Source of the DNA: Botryllus schlosseri
Lineage: Eukaryota
NCBI GenBank assembly: GCA_051294905.1
Contig: CM119371.1
Coordinates: 27,158,001-27,222,000, forward strand
Direction of reading: 5' to 3'
DNA: 64,000 nt
The notes under the pieces were generated by a model, which was not told where the DNA came from, did not search any database, and was given only the letters and a program-made list of their open reading frames with translations. Both the position numbers and the translations under genes were made by a program. Positions 51,945 to 64,000 of this stretch are shown here, one piece after another (within the stretch, counting starts at the first letter, position 1; each line of letters opens with the position of its first letter).

Positions 51945-53847
51945 CAGTGGCGGCTCGTGACAATATCGGGTGGTGGGGCAAGGGCTGCAAGCGACTTTTT
52001 ATCAAGATGACGTCACAATGGCGTTTTCCAACGTAAACAAGTAACTTAATGATGGTACGGTAACATGAATTTCCCGGCAACAGTGATTTTAACGTATGTG
52101 CCACGAGAGGTCCGCTGGTGAGCTGTGACTTGAAGTGTGGTAACTGCGTAAACGGCGTACGGAATAAAGATTCAACACGGTTCATGTTCGCATTAGACCT
52201 GACTAATTATCTGCAGAAAGGGAAATGACTATAACTCGAGAGATAGCGTAAGCCTAATTGGAAAGGTCAACGAATTCGGACAGATACGCAATTGTTATCT
52301 CATAGATTGGGCCTGTCCTATTGAATCCAAAACATCATTGTAAAGGACTAAGAATAGCAGCCTCGGAAATTTGGTCTCGGTACAGCATAAGAGATTTTGG
52401 CCTTGAAACTGGAGACTGTAACACGACACATACGTTTTTATTACTGTCTTATAGGTCTGCTGCGAAATCGCCTTTGAAAAATATATTACCGAATAAATAC
52501 GTGGATGAAAGCCCTAAACTTGGTACACTGTTACATGACATTATCGAGAAGTGGCCTCATGGCCCTTTTCGGTATGGTACACTGTCAAAATTAATGCGAA
52601 CAGACCAACACCGAATTTTGCGTAAAATTTACTGAGGAATAGGCTGATCAAGTGACGGGGGGGGGGGGGGGGGGTTGTACGCAAATGGCTTGAAGGCCAC
52701 AATTTCACGGTGAAATTGACATTGGAGAATATACGATCAAAGTAAATATTTGAATGCAAACTGAGAATGATATCATCATCTCACTTAACGTTACCGCAGA
52801 TACACCGGCTTTTGCGTGAAATCCGCAATGTGTTGTAGGCCAAAGTGTCAGATCGGAGCACATCTTTACCATACTCGACCTTGATAACGAAATTACTGCC
52901 CTAATCATTGAGTGTCAACCTTGAGACTTGGCACAGCGTTCGATACTAAAATCAAGACATACCGTGCAAAAGCTTATGACGGATCTAGGTAAGGAGCATC
53001 GTTAAAATCAATAGAGACCAATACCGGCTTTGCGTATAATCTGTTAGCGATAAATGACGAGTCAGCTCTCACTCGAATTAGGAAACGAAATTACCACTAA
53101 CACAGTTCAGTGACAAACTTAAAACTTGGTACAGCGTTCGATACTAACATTAAGACTTACCGTGCCAAATGTCATAACCGATCTCAGTATTGAACACCGT
53201 CAAAACCAATGGATACCAATACCGGCTTTTGAGTAAAATCTGTTTGCGATACATGACGGATCAGCACACACTCAACTTCGGAAACGGAATTACTACCCTA
53301 AACTTTAAGTAGAAACCCTGAAACTTGGGGCAGTGTTAAATACCACCATCACGACATGACATAACAAGTTTTAAGAGTTTTCATGGTGTTAAACCCTATT
53401 AAAATCGACCTATACCAGCAAAGGTCGACTAAACGCATATGACGGTAACAGAGTTCAGCAATAGATACGATTGTTACATCACACCTTAAGGGCACAGAGC
53501 TATCGTGCCCCGGTTGCTCGGTAATTTTATGAATAGGAGAGAGTAAATAACCGTTTCTTTATTGTGCGCGGTTTTGAGAGAATAGACAGTGAAAGCTTGT
53601 TATGAGCGCTACCGGGGCAAGCCCCGGCTAGGCATTCGCAAAGCGAAAACACAGAAGAGAATTCGATTTTCGCATAAACTTCGCTATATATGGGCATTTA
53701 CAAGCGAAAGGACAAGAAGTATACGATTTTCGCTGTGATTTCGGTTCATATAGATAGGTGTGCGTCTATAAATGGTAAAGAATTGTTATTGAACAGAATT
53801 TTAGGTGGGGCAATGCCCCAGTTGCCCTATAGGGCGAGCCGCCACTG
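51945..53847 (-). mobile_element. hAT non-autonomous element CAGTGGCGGCTCG, inverted relative to 16865-20194
   Basis: TIR CAGTGGCGGCTCG, perfect TSD CGAGCAAC. Confidence 0.92.
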
Positions 53848-53879
53848 CGAGCAACGTTTATTTCATAAGATCAGGTAGA

Positions 53880-54100
53880 AATGTATTTTTAAAACTTCGA
53901 GTGAAATTATCAGTGGTTTCGCTTTGAATTCCTTTGTTTCGTTAAGACAACTTTTCTTTGACAAATGAGACACATTGGTTTTAAATTTATCTCAGCGAAA
54001 TAAAATTCGTTGTTCCACGCAGAGTCTAAAACCAAGTTGCCGTCGTTAAAGTTATCCGTCCTTGGCGTGATCTGTTCAAGCCTGTTGTGGTGAGTGTACA
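53880..54100 (-). pseudogene. Fragment of Charlie/GTF2IRD2-like hAT transposase N-terminal zinc-finger region
   Basis: AWNNEFYFAEINLKPMCLICQRKV....QRNSKRNH; related to the remnant at ~44900. Confidence 0.7.
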
Positions 54101-55568
54101 ACTGCCGGGTCCAGACGAATTTCGGTCATCAAAACAATGTCAATTGATATCCGAGCATTTCAAGAGACCAGAACACATCAAAGAATGAGTCATCAACACA
54201 CAAAACATAGACGGTGAGACGGGAGAGTTATTATGTAGATGAATTGTTATTGTACAGTAGTTGTAGTAGTAGTTAGTAGTAATTACTTTTAATCAAATAC
54301 GTTGCGTGCTACAAAGTAAGCGACTGTGAGCCGCCCGTTGAGGACCGTGTATTAGAGAGAAACTAGAATTTCGATTTAATAATAATGAAGCAAATTCAAC
54401 GTTAACATTTAAATCTGTTTTATTCCTCTCAACAAATACGAATGCAGGAACAACACTAGACTGCGATCAAAACAAAGCCATCATAGACATATGGAAGCTT
54501 ATATCTTCAATAGAGTAAATGTTTTACCGGTGTGCAACTGTATTAATCCTTATAGGCCTATTCATCGTATTTTGTCCAGTCCATTGTTGCGAATGAAGGT
54601 GTTACTGGAAAGGAACCCATGTGTTCCGTAATAGTCTTGATAATAATCAAGTATTCAAGGGTAAACAGGGTTTGGATTTTCCGGTAACATGCTGGATCAT
54701 TTGACTGCTCTGGCCCGCGAGCGTGTCTATGGTCTAAATCCGGCCCGCGACGCAAGTTGAGTTTGACATCTATGGCTCATACCTTACAAAATGTGCTGGT
54801 TTAAATTTGCAATATCACTTCGTTTGAAATACTGATATATATCTCAGCTATCATGTTCACGGTTTATAGTATAGGCCTACCTGTACCATATTTTCAGCAA
54901 CGCAAAGAAAGACATTTATTTAACCGACAATTGAATTAAAAGTAGAATTGTTTCGTTCTAGTTTGTCAATACTTCAACTTTCCTAGGTATGTACTGGACC
55001 AGGGGCGGCGATTATATTTCACACACCCACACTCCAGCGAAGACGTCGAAAATATTTTGGCAGGCCTACAGGTAAAAGTTAAAACTATATTCTGCGGATT
55101 CTCTGCAGTGCCTTTCGTGATTCTGGTCGCAGTTCGCTTGGACAGTGGTAACTTTCAAACGCCTATTTAATTTCAGGACATATTAGCATAAAAAACATTA
55201 TTTCACTAACTCGACATTCGAGAATGGCTAAATTACTGTATTTATGGGTGTTGTGGGAAATTACCAAGCTGCTCTTTGTTGTTGCATCTCAAGCTTCATG
55301 TAGCTTAGTAAAATAGCATTGTAAATTCGATAGGTTCACAAACAGGGAGTGCTACATTCTCGCTTCATCTGCTTTGACCAAATGCCTGTATTCCTCGCGT
55401 GATTTTGCTAGTAATTTCGATATGTTCACCACAAACAAAACAGACGCCTTTTCTTCTGTCTTTAGTGCTATATAGATCTTCTTGAAATTGTGGCAATCGT
55501 CGTCCCCCTTTCTGTGTTCGGTGCGTACCCTAACACATCGATTATGCTTGAGGACGACCACTGATCAC

Positions 55569-56819
55569 CAGACTTGTACAAACTAAGCATTTAGTTAGTT
55601 GACGGTCAACTAACTAACCGTTTTTTGAGTAGTTCTAGTTCTAGTTGTAGTTGCGGATTTTGAAAACCGCGTAGTTCTAGTTCTAGTTGTAGTTGCGGAT
55701 TTTGAAAATTCCGTAGTTCTAGTTTTAGTTGTAGTTGCAGATTTTGAAAATTCAGAAGTTCTGGTTCTAGTTTTAGTTGCGCATTTCAAAAAAATATTAG
55801 TTGCCGAACAACTAGAAAACACTCGTGTGTCCTGCCCTGCGCGATGAGAACTCTCCTCGCGTGACAAGTGAGGTTACTTAGGGTTACTAATGAGATCATG
55901 ACAAAGGATCAAATGCTCATTGTTGGATCAAAATTAATACATTGATTATGCCGAGTTCACTGATAACTCGGGCAAATTTACAACAATCGACAGTGCGCAG
56001 CGCACGCGATCTCCCGCTGAGGTTGTTTACTAATTGGAGAGAAGACTATCTGGAATCGCCCAAGGTATCTTTACGAAGGAAATTGCCCGTGTCGTCTCCT
56101 TCTGGCTCTTCAACGCACAGGAAACCGAGACTCTCACTCTTCAACTTTCTACCTCCAAGTCAGTGTCGTCCGCTTTGAAGTTAAATCCGGCCCGTCTGAG
56201 GTGAAAAAGTATGCCCGGGAACAGCGACTACCCCTGGGTCAGAATGTGCTAAACTGTTGGCCGAATATGACTGACTTGCCAGAATTACGGAACTTGGCGA
56301 AAGATTTTCTTGGGATGACTGCGACATCTGCGCCCAGTCAAAGTGCTTTCTCGCATGGTGGGGTTTTGTATTCCCAAAAGCGGGCAAAATTCAACGAAAA
56401 AACATTTTCGCAACTCATGTTGATTCGCTGCAATCAGCAACCGCTGCAGAAAATGGTTTAGTTTATCCTGTACTGATTACAGAATAGTTCTGTCTGTCTG
56501 ATTTTTCAGTAATTTCGTTGTACCGACGTTCATGTGGAAGGCTAGAACGCCGAATTCTAATAAAATAAAAATGAATGTGTTGATTGAGAATTAAATTCAG
56601 TTAGTTGTGTTAGTTGCCGATATTTAAATTTCGTTAGTTCTAGTTATAGTTCTAGTTGCAAGTTTTGACAATTGAGTAGTTCCAGTTCTAGTTCTAGTTG
56701 TGGGATTTGAAAATTGGGTAGTTCTAGTTATAGTTATAGTTGCGAGTCTTAAAAATTGAGTAGTTCTAGTCATAGTTCTAGTTGCGTTTTCTGAAAATTC
56801 AGTAGTTTGTACAAGTTTG
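55569..56819 (+). mobile_element. Internally deleted hAT element with subterminal GTAGTTCTAGTT arrays
   Basis: CAGACTTGTACAAACTA...TAGTTTGTACAAGTTTG, TSD CTGATCAC; tandem arrays at ~55625-55800 and ~56630-56810. Confidence 0.9.
56180..56461 (+). pseudogene. hAT transposase C-terminal dimerisation domain remnant
   Basis: LNCWPN..DLPELRNLAKDFLGMTATSAPSQSAFSHGG.LYSQKRAKF...TFSQLMLIRCN matches the hATC pattern (A-T-S-x-x-S-E-R-x-F-S), with ER degraded to QS. Confidence 0.85.
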
Positions 56820-57647
56820 CTGATCACTTGTAAAAATTGACATGTTTTAACATAGTGTCCGACCTTTAGTGGTGTGGACACACGCAAATCACTCGGATCA
56901 ATGCGATCGGATTACGTAATTCTCACCATCTGTCGGAGGTAATCACGGTACCATTTAGTTTGGCTTCGCGAGCGTTAAATTTGATAAAACAGGTATCAGT
57001 CGAAATACTGCTATGGTACTGATTACGAAAATATAAATTATACTCTGCTCGTGTCCTGGAACACCCCAAATACGCCTTGCATTGTGACGGAGCTGGAGAT
57101 TGTGACGTAATAATACTTTCACTTCTACTTGTGTAGGATCGCCGACTACTCGGCCATATCTGCACTCAAAACTACAATATTATTGGTAAAGCAAGAACAT
57201 TTCTAGTTAACATTTGACTAGCACTTGCGACTATCCTCACAATAAGGCAAATAATTTGCAGAGAGTAAATGTATTAGTTGCAACTACGGTAACAGAAATT
57301 CAACGCTTATCGATATATACGTGAAACGAAGCGAGCCTTAAAATAACGTTAAATACCAGTGATAGGGATTGGAATTGCAATTCCTAGATGATCTGATGTC
57401 TTTCTGGAATACAGGAAAGTGTACGGCCTGGTATTGACCTTTATATGACATTCAATTCTAATCATTTCGAAAATTGAGTTTATAAATTTGCTAGTTGCTT
57501 AAAGTCTACTAACTTCGCCTCGTATAGAGATGGCTCGTTATAATTAAAGGTCTGGTATTCATTAGATAAGGATTATACACGACGTATACATCTCAATGTC
57601 ACTAATACTTCGAGTTAGAACGTTATCAGAGGGAAATGGACGAATCT

Positions 57648-57960
57648 TCATAATCTTCTTCGGAACTTCATCTCGGAGTAATCAAGGTTTTGCCGAGTTG
57701 GAGGAAAATTCAGGTTCGTCCATTCAATTTCAGTCCTGTCCTTCGTGAGACGTGTGTTGAGATTGGCATGGAAGCAGTCAGTATACCACCAAGCTCCGTG
57801 GCTGAGAGAAGCGCAATTCCCACTTGGATATGCGTCATGATCTGCGTCTTTCGTTGTGAATGGTTGGTTATTGTGAAACGCGAGTGAATCTGTGGCGTTT
57901 CCGGAGTATCCGGACACGTCCAATATGTAGTTGGTAGAGCCAGGTCCAATTCGAAAATTA
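57648..57960 (-). CDS. FReP paralog B exon 5
   Basis: [20 protein letters not shown]...[14 protein letters not shown]...SEMKFRRRL*. Confidence 0.93.
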
Positions 57961-60900
57961 CTAAATAACATGATGCGAAAAGTCTTGAATATGAAAGCAA
58001 TACGTAACAAATATTTTTCTAACCTGGGTAACAAAACGGTTCTCAAAACACTCACAATAAACACAGGAAAATAGTATTTTCGTTTGGCAAATTATCAATT
58101 AAATACTTGACATACTGTAGCTACTTGGAGCAATTATATGAAACGGCGTTGAAAAAGCTGTGTTAGCAATTTACATCCAAACCAGAGAGGGACAGTAACG
58201 AAGTACTTGTACTTCAAGTACATGTTGACTACTTGCACTACTTTTTCAAGCAATGTCTGAACTACTTCTACGTCCACTTTACATATTTCAGTATTCTAGG
58301 CAAAATTAGACCTAGAATACTTACATCGATACTTACTTGGGAAAACCTACTTCTGCTTGTGCTCGAGTATAAATTGACGAAAATACTTTTACTTGTACTT
58401 GAGTACGAACCAGGGCTACTTTGACCGCACCACCATAAAACATGTATGGGAAATACAGTGCGAAATAAGAATATACTTGCAGTATTTACGTGAGGCGGAC
58501 TTGAAAGCACAGTGTCATCACAAGCTATACCAATAGGAATCCATTCGGTTCCGTCCGCCTAATTATCACGAAACGATGCGATTAATATGCGCGCACGGTG
58601 TCGATAAAACGTGCAATAAAGAATATTGTTGTTTGATGCGAGTTCAGGAAATTTGAGTTTCTCCATATTCGGTTCGCAAAAACATTATCAATTTCGTAAT
58701 AACAAGCTCGGGCTTCTTTTGTATCGACCTATTCAAAAAAGAAGTTATTTATCAAACCTATCTATGCAAACTATATCCGACCTAGGTAATTCTACAGTCT
58801 ATTCAATATAATTGCATGTAACGTCCATGAATCAATTTTGCAGTAGTTCGCGATTTTCCTTAATCGCGAGAATAATTCCTTCGTATTTGATTTACGTTGA
58901 GCAGCCGAAGGACTGAAATAAGACAACGGATGTGTCTTGTGGGCGAGGTGCCAGAAATGTTAATTAAAACTTTAGTTTATCCATCTATACCAGGGGTGGG
59001 CAAACTACGGCCCGCGGGCCGCATGCGGATCGCAACACCGTTCTGTCCGGCCCGCGAGAGTCTAAAGAAACTCAATAAAAATATTGATAAAGTGCGTACT
59101 AAAAATCGAATTAATGCAGGGATTTGATTAAACTTTTCTTAGTATATTTCACCATGATAATTCTAAGGCAGTGGGTCTCAACCTGGGGGACGCGTGCCCC
59201 TTGGGGTCATGAAAGCATCTGAAGGGAATCGCGAAGCTGAGCTCAACTGAAAATTTTTCCGCGCTTCGCGCGATATACTTACAATTCATAATGATTGCTC
59301 TGTATTTAGTATGAATTTCATATTCAAAAATCTCTCATCAATAGTCGTAACCTCCCATGCCACCAAACTATCCGTTAGGTTTGCTATAGCATCCTGGTTG
59401 CGTTTTGTGATATGACGATAAGGGGGCGCGAAATCTACACATATAGTAGAAGCGTGTTTGAAGCTAACATGGTTATGATGCTGTCAGCATTATGTGTCCT
59501 AAAACTGAACCCAAAGCGGAATTGATAAATCTATAAACAGATCACTGCTCAGTGTGCTCACAGATTTAAATTTCAATTCTGTTCTATGAATCGGGACAAC
59601 AGACTTTCATCTCCTATAGTTTTGACAAATTGGTTATTGAGGTCGACCAGCCTATGAAATCTCACCATTGTTTCTGACGCGTGTACGATATCATCATAAC
59701 AATGTTTGGTTTGTTTCAAATAAGCATATATATTATCTCCATGTCCTCACTATATAATCAAATACCAGCAATATTGCGGTTTGGTTTATGATCCCAATTT
59801 TATAAAGTGCGGCCCGCGAATGGATTCAGATGTTGAATGCGGCCCGCGAGCTCAAAAGTTTGCCCACCCCTGATCTATACCATGATTATTTATTTAATTT
59901 TATTACTTTCTAATTACACGTGAACGGGAAGAGCTATCAGTAATATTAATATATGACGCAAAACTATTTCCTTTCTACACGTGTGAGCTTTGTAATGTAA
60001 AAAAGTAGTTTTATGATTGGCTGACGTCACTTCTGTGAGTGAAAATATCATGGCAACGGGGCCCGGGGAAATTTTCTTATGAAACATCATACTTAGGAAT
60101 ATAATGCCGCAATAAAAAAGACAATGAATTAAATTTTAGTTGGACTAGTGACTAAAGCCAGTAGTAAAAACCAACACCTACCGGTACTTGGCAGACAGAT
60201 GGACTCCACCCGTCGTGATCATATTAATTTTCAACTCATAATCTCCTTCCCGAGTCATCTGATGTAACGCCTCCAGTCCTGATAAAATATTATTTCGCGT
60301 ATCATAACTCAGCGGATTCAGTGCGACAATAGCATTCGATCAATGACATATGCATTCGAAGCTGTTCACAATGAATTGCACTACCACATGCTTATCTTGG
60401 CTGGTCTATGCATCATGTCTTCTTTCTTCATATATTTTAATTACGTAATTTTGGAAGTAAAAACGTTTATTACTAGTAATTCATGAACATTTTTATAAAA
60501 ATACCAAAATCATTGGTGGCGAAATAGCGTATAGTGCTATACGACTAGGGTTGCATTTAAAAAAAATATTAAAACGAACATGTTTAAAACGAGGCCTTTG
60601 ATTGAAACATGTTTTTATTGTTTTTTTTTTTCTGAAGTGATGACGTCACGAATAATCAATTTTGACGTCATACGAGATTAACATTGACAATTGAAAATAA
60701 AGGGAAAATATAGCTCCTTTGACGAAATATCTGTACTATTCCTGTTCAACCGACTAATTTGAGGGTTCCAACCATCCCATATCGATATACTTCGGCTATA
60801 TGGGGTGATAATTTTCCGTAGTCTCATCCAACATGTTTTTGGAAAGTTTTCACACAATTATGGCATGGTTTTACAACTAAAAAAAACAGTTTTTGTAAAG

Positions 60901-62730
60901 GTTTTTGTTTAAAACACTGTAAACAAAGTGTTTTAAAATGCCGTTTGTTGCAAATGGAACCATAGCTACGATCTACAGCTGCAACACTAATAGGTTACGG
61001 ATTCCTGTCCTGTCCGGCCGTGGTCGACTCTAGAATCCAAACTCACTTTTTGGATATTTATCCAGGCTCCACCGCGCCATCTCCATCGGAGCAGTGTCTC
61101 ATAGCATTAGGGGCCAGGGAAAATGCCGATCCCGGGATCACATAATTTTAAGCTATTGTACAATCCCGATCCCGCAATTAATCCAATTAAAACCCCATGT
61201 TCGCTAGAAGGCATTTACCACGGATGGATAAGCTCTATATCTCTAATTTGCTCTTAAATTAGTTCCAATATCAGCTGATGATCATGTACACTCCACATTA
61301 CTGTGCCACTAATACCGACTATGATGGCATAGCAACGAATTGGTCAGATACTTATACTTTTATGCGGTGCTTAAGAAATTTTACCGACATGTATTACTTC
61401 CAAATTTCTATTGTGGGTAGACTACTCTCATATCATTCAACTGCTTTCAGTCATACAGGTATACACCAATGGTACAAGAAACCAGAATCTAGCTCAGAAT
61501 TATACCGCGGTATGAATCGAGTAAAACATTTTATTGCAAACTACGTCTGCACGTAGGAAAGTAGAAAGATATGCATGCCGGCAGGTAGGATTTAGGACCG
61601 TGATATAATTCTGATCTTGGTCCTGTTTTCGTAGTATACAACCCAACACGAATTATAACAGCAATCATTTTTCAATGTGAAGTGTACGGTTTGATGCATA
61701 CTACATGACGTCATATATTTGATTTTCAATACCATCCGTGAGTGTTATTTATTCAATTCAATGATTGAAAACACGCCCACATATAGAGATGATGTATGTC
61801 ATAGTTACATGTGGTAGTTTATCGCTATATTCAGCTATTTCAGCTATATCAGCTATTTGAGCCTATGCCAACATTTGAAGGGGGAAACCAAGCAAGCATC
61901 GTCATTTCCCTTTACTTTTACCTGAGCAATTACGCCGACTAATATAAATTGCATGTTTGTAGCTTTATAAATACGCTGATACTTACATCCACTGCGACTC
62001 GAATTAGTATAGGGTTCATCAATATGCAAAGCCTATATATACTCGTACCTAACCAGAAATCATCAAAATCGCCAAATCCGTTCACGTAGTCAGACCAGTT
62101 TCGGAAGAAATCGACATTACCATTATTTCTTCTCTGAAAAACCTGTAATAGCAGTGGAAACTGATCTCATCCCCTTTAACAAATCACACATTCAACATAC
62201 GGTCCAGTTTCCTCCTTCATCTCTAACGTCACAAAACACGTTCTTGAATCCAATTCCTGGAATGAGTAATCCGACCACACCACCATTGCTTCTGTGTGCT
62301 AATTGTGACTCGATTTGATCGCTTTCGCAGGTACTAGGTAATAGAGCTTTAACAGCTACAAATCATAGGTGTGATTTCAGAAAATTTATTTTGAAAACAA
62401 GTGTTATAACAACACACCTTTCTCTATTTTTCTATCGATGTTTTCTTCGTTCGTAGTCCCGTCAACGTTTCCCCGAAGCGAATTTCTTTGTTCGCACCGG
62501 ATGCAAGCATCGCGAATATCCGTGTTTCCATCTATCCTATTTGTTGGCCTACCTGTAATTGGGTCCATGATACGCTGACCAACGTTATAGTTAGGCGGTT
62601 CCCATTTAAGGCACTGGCGGCAAGCAAAGCCATAGGGCGTCGTTCCATCTGTGATTCTTGATCCCTTCGTTTGTGATGCGAGGAAAAGTACAACCAGCAG
62701 TAAAGTTATGGTACTTGTTGGTATTTCCAT
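57648..62730 (-). CDS. Fibrinogen-related protein, paralog B; 5 exons complement(62730-62418, 62355-62201, 62142-62049, 60278-60182, 57960-57648); 323 aa
   Basis: Signal peptide [27 protein letters not shown] junctions; exons 2-5 are 155/94/97/313 nt as in paralog A; spliced frame is open. Same FReD motifs ([45 protein letters not shown]). Confidence 0.93.
58991..59872. mobile_element. hAT (Charlie-type) MITE in FReP B intron 4
   Basis: CAGGGGTGGGCAAACT...AGTTTGCCCACCCCTG, TSD ATCTATAC. Confidence 0.92.
60182..60278 (-). CDS. FReP paralog B exon 4
   Basis: cag|[33 protein letters not shown]|gtaggt. Confidence 0.9.
60546..60964. mobile_element. MITE (tagggttgcattt...aaatggaaccata) inserted in the SINE of FReP B intron 3
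   Basis: Absent at the paralogous site (30462); imperfect TIR and TSD; interior similar to segment X (41070/51290). Confidence 0.6.
62049..62355 (-). CDS. FReP paralog B exons 2 (62355-62201) and 3 (62142-62049)
   Basis: [11 protein letters not shown]...[13 protein letters not shown] | [32 protein letters not shown]. Confidence 0.92.
62418..62730 (-). CDS. FReP paralog B exon 1
   Basis: ATG at 62730, leader homologous to paralog A, same donor AAAG|GTGTGT. Confidence 0.88.
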
Positions 62731-63412
62731 CTAATATTGTAAAATATGTTAGATTGACAGTTTCTGTTTTCGACCTTTGGGGCATGAATACCTCGAATTC
62801 ACTGACCTGATTTTAGCCTATTACGAGCATTTCGTCACTGCCGTCTTAACATATTCGAACCCAATTTAGGTAAGTATCGGAAAACTGTTAATAATGTGTT
62901 GGTTCATACATGAAATTTTCAGATACCCCTGACTGCTTCACATACTACACGCACATGAATTGGCACTTTTCGTTTCAAAGACTTGATACAAACGCGAACA
63001 TACTGACAAATATATCACCGAATTCTCACATCAAATGCATGAATTTGTCATGGTATAAATATGTGAATTTTTGAATATATATTGGCGTTTCGGTCAAAAT
63101 ATACCTAAGATTTCTGAATTATATTTCGTTTTGATAGAAAAAAAAATTGCCTGTCTGGCCACGAGACAACCACTCTGCTATGCGTAAGGATCACTCTCTA
63201 GTAACTGAAATATCGACCATGAACATCCCTTTTATATACTATCGTTTAAGTCGAAAATCTGGCGGTAGGTAATCACCGATAGATCTTCTCCGGAGTATAA
63301 GTGAGGGTAGGAGTGCCCGACGGGAACGTCTACAGAGTGATTGAGAAACCAACAACAATACCAAGAACACTACCCGATACTGCTTCTCAGTACATTAATT
63401 GATCTTCTATGG

Positions 63413-64000
63413 CAGGGGTCACCAACACGCGGCCCGCGGGCCGCATGCAGCCCGCAAGGTCATGTTTTGCGGCCCGCGACATGATTTGAAATTTCGAAAG
63501 AACTCTTCGTAAAGCATTTTGTAATGCTGAAATTTATTTCAGTTTAAACATGTGGTTGTTGTTCTAAGTAAGATATTCCCACTATTCCTCACCAGCTGAT
63601 ACCGCATCATTCCATGGAGTAATAATTTGGAAATTTGCTGATGTGAATGGTCATATTATATTGCCTTGACGTGCAATGGCCCACTGCCAAGGCCGAGACG
63701 ATTGAAAAGCGACTTCCGGCTCCCCGAAAGACCAAGCTTTTCGGGGAGATAGTTCCCCAGCACGTACACCGTATCTATAGCTAACTGAAATATTGATTTA
63801 TTAGTCCAGGTCAGTCTGCGTCAGAAGAAGGAGAATTATGAGGCCGTCGACAATTAATTCGATTAGGATGTGTTGGCGTAAGGCAATGCGCAAATGGAAT
63901 TTACGAACTGACTCCTGAATTAATGAGAAGTTTGAATTATTCTTCAAATTTATTCGCGCTACGCGTGGTTCCGTGAGAGTTGATTTTCGATTATAGTATA
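63413..64000. mobile_element. Left part of a Charlie-type hAT element running off the window
   Basis: CAGGGGTCACCAACACGCGGCCCGCGGGCCGC start. Confidence 0.7.

Noticed and set aside
55610..56887. Thr/Arg-rich ORFs 55610-55867 and 56624-56887
   Set aside because: Translations of the subterminal tandem repeats of a hAT element.
26300..63400. Opposite-strand polycystin-like partner gene (s-Themis/v-Themis-type arrangement) around the FReP genes
   Set aside because: No plus-strand exons with polycystin/PKD-like sequence were recognised in this window. A very large host intron cannot be excluded.

Overview
AT-rich eukaryotic genomic DNA from an invertebrate animal. The ~60-bp introns, fibrinogen-domain genes and dense hAT MITEs are compatible with a tunicate or similar marine invertebrate, but this is inference only. 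Two intact 5-exon paralogous genes on the minus strand (27940-34873, 368 aa; 57648-62730, 323 aa) encode secreted fibrinogen-related proteins (signal peptide + variable N-terminal region + fibrinogen C-terminal domain). They lie in a local segmental duplication. Their sequences are hypervariable in the N-terminal exon and in the distal ligand-binding part of the fibrinogen domain, while the rest of the domain, nearby introns and 3' flank stay well conserved. The first 16 kb is one decayed CR1/L2-group LINE cut into three in-frame pieces by two ~6-kb CCCAG-ended, TT-TSD (EnSpm/CMC-like) non-autonomous elements. These two elements are inserted 677 bp apart in opposite orientation and form a 13-kb inverted repeat. 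The remainder is nested hAT-type MITEs with 8-bp TSDs, an RTE LINE fragment, decayed hAT transposases, tRNA-like SINEs, and a tandemly re-duplicated, decayed, coding-like sequence family of unknown identity (35.4-51.9 kb). No prokaryotic features, CRISPR arrays, rRNA or intact tRNA genes were seen. All alignments were done by eye.
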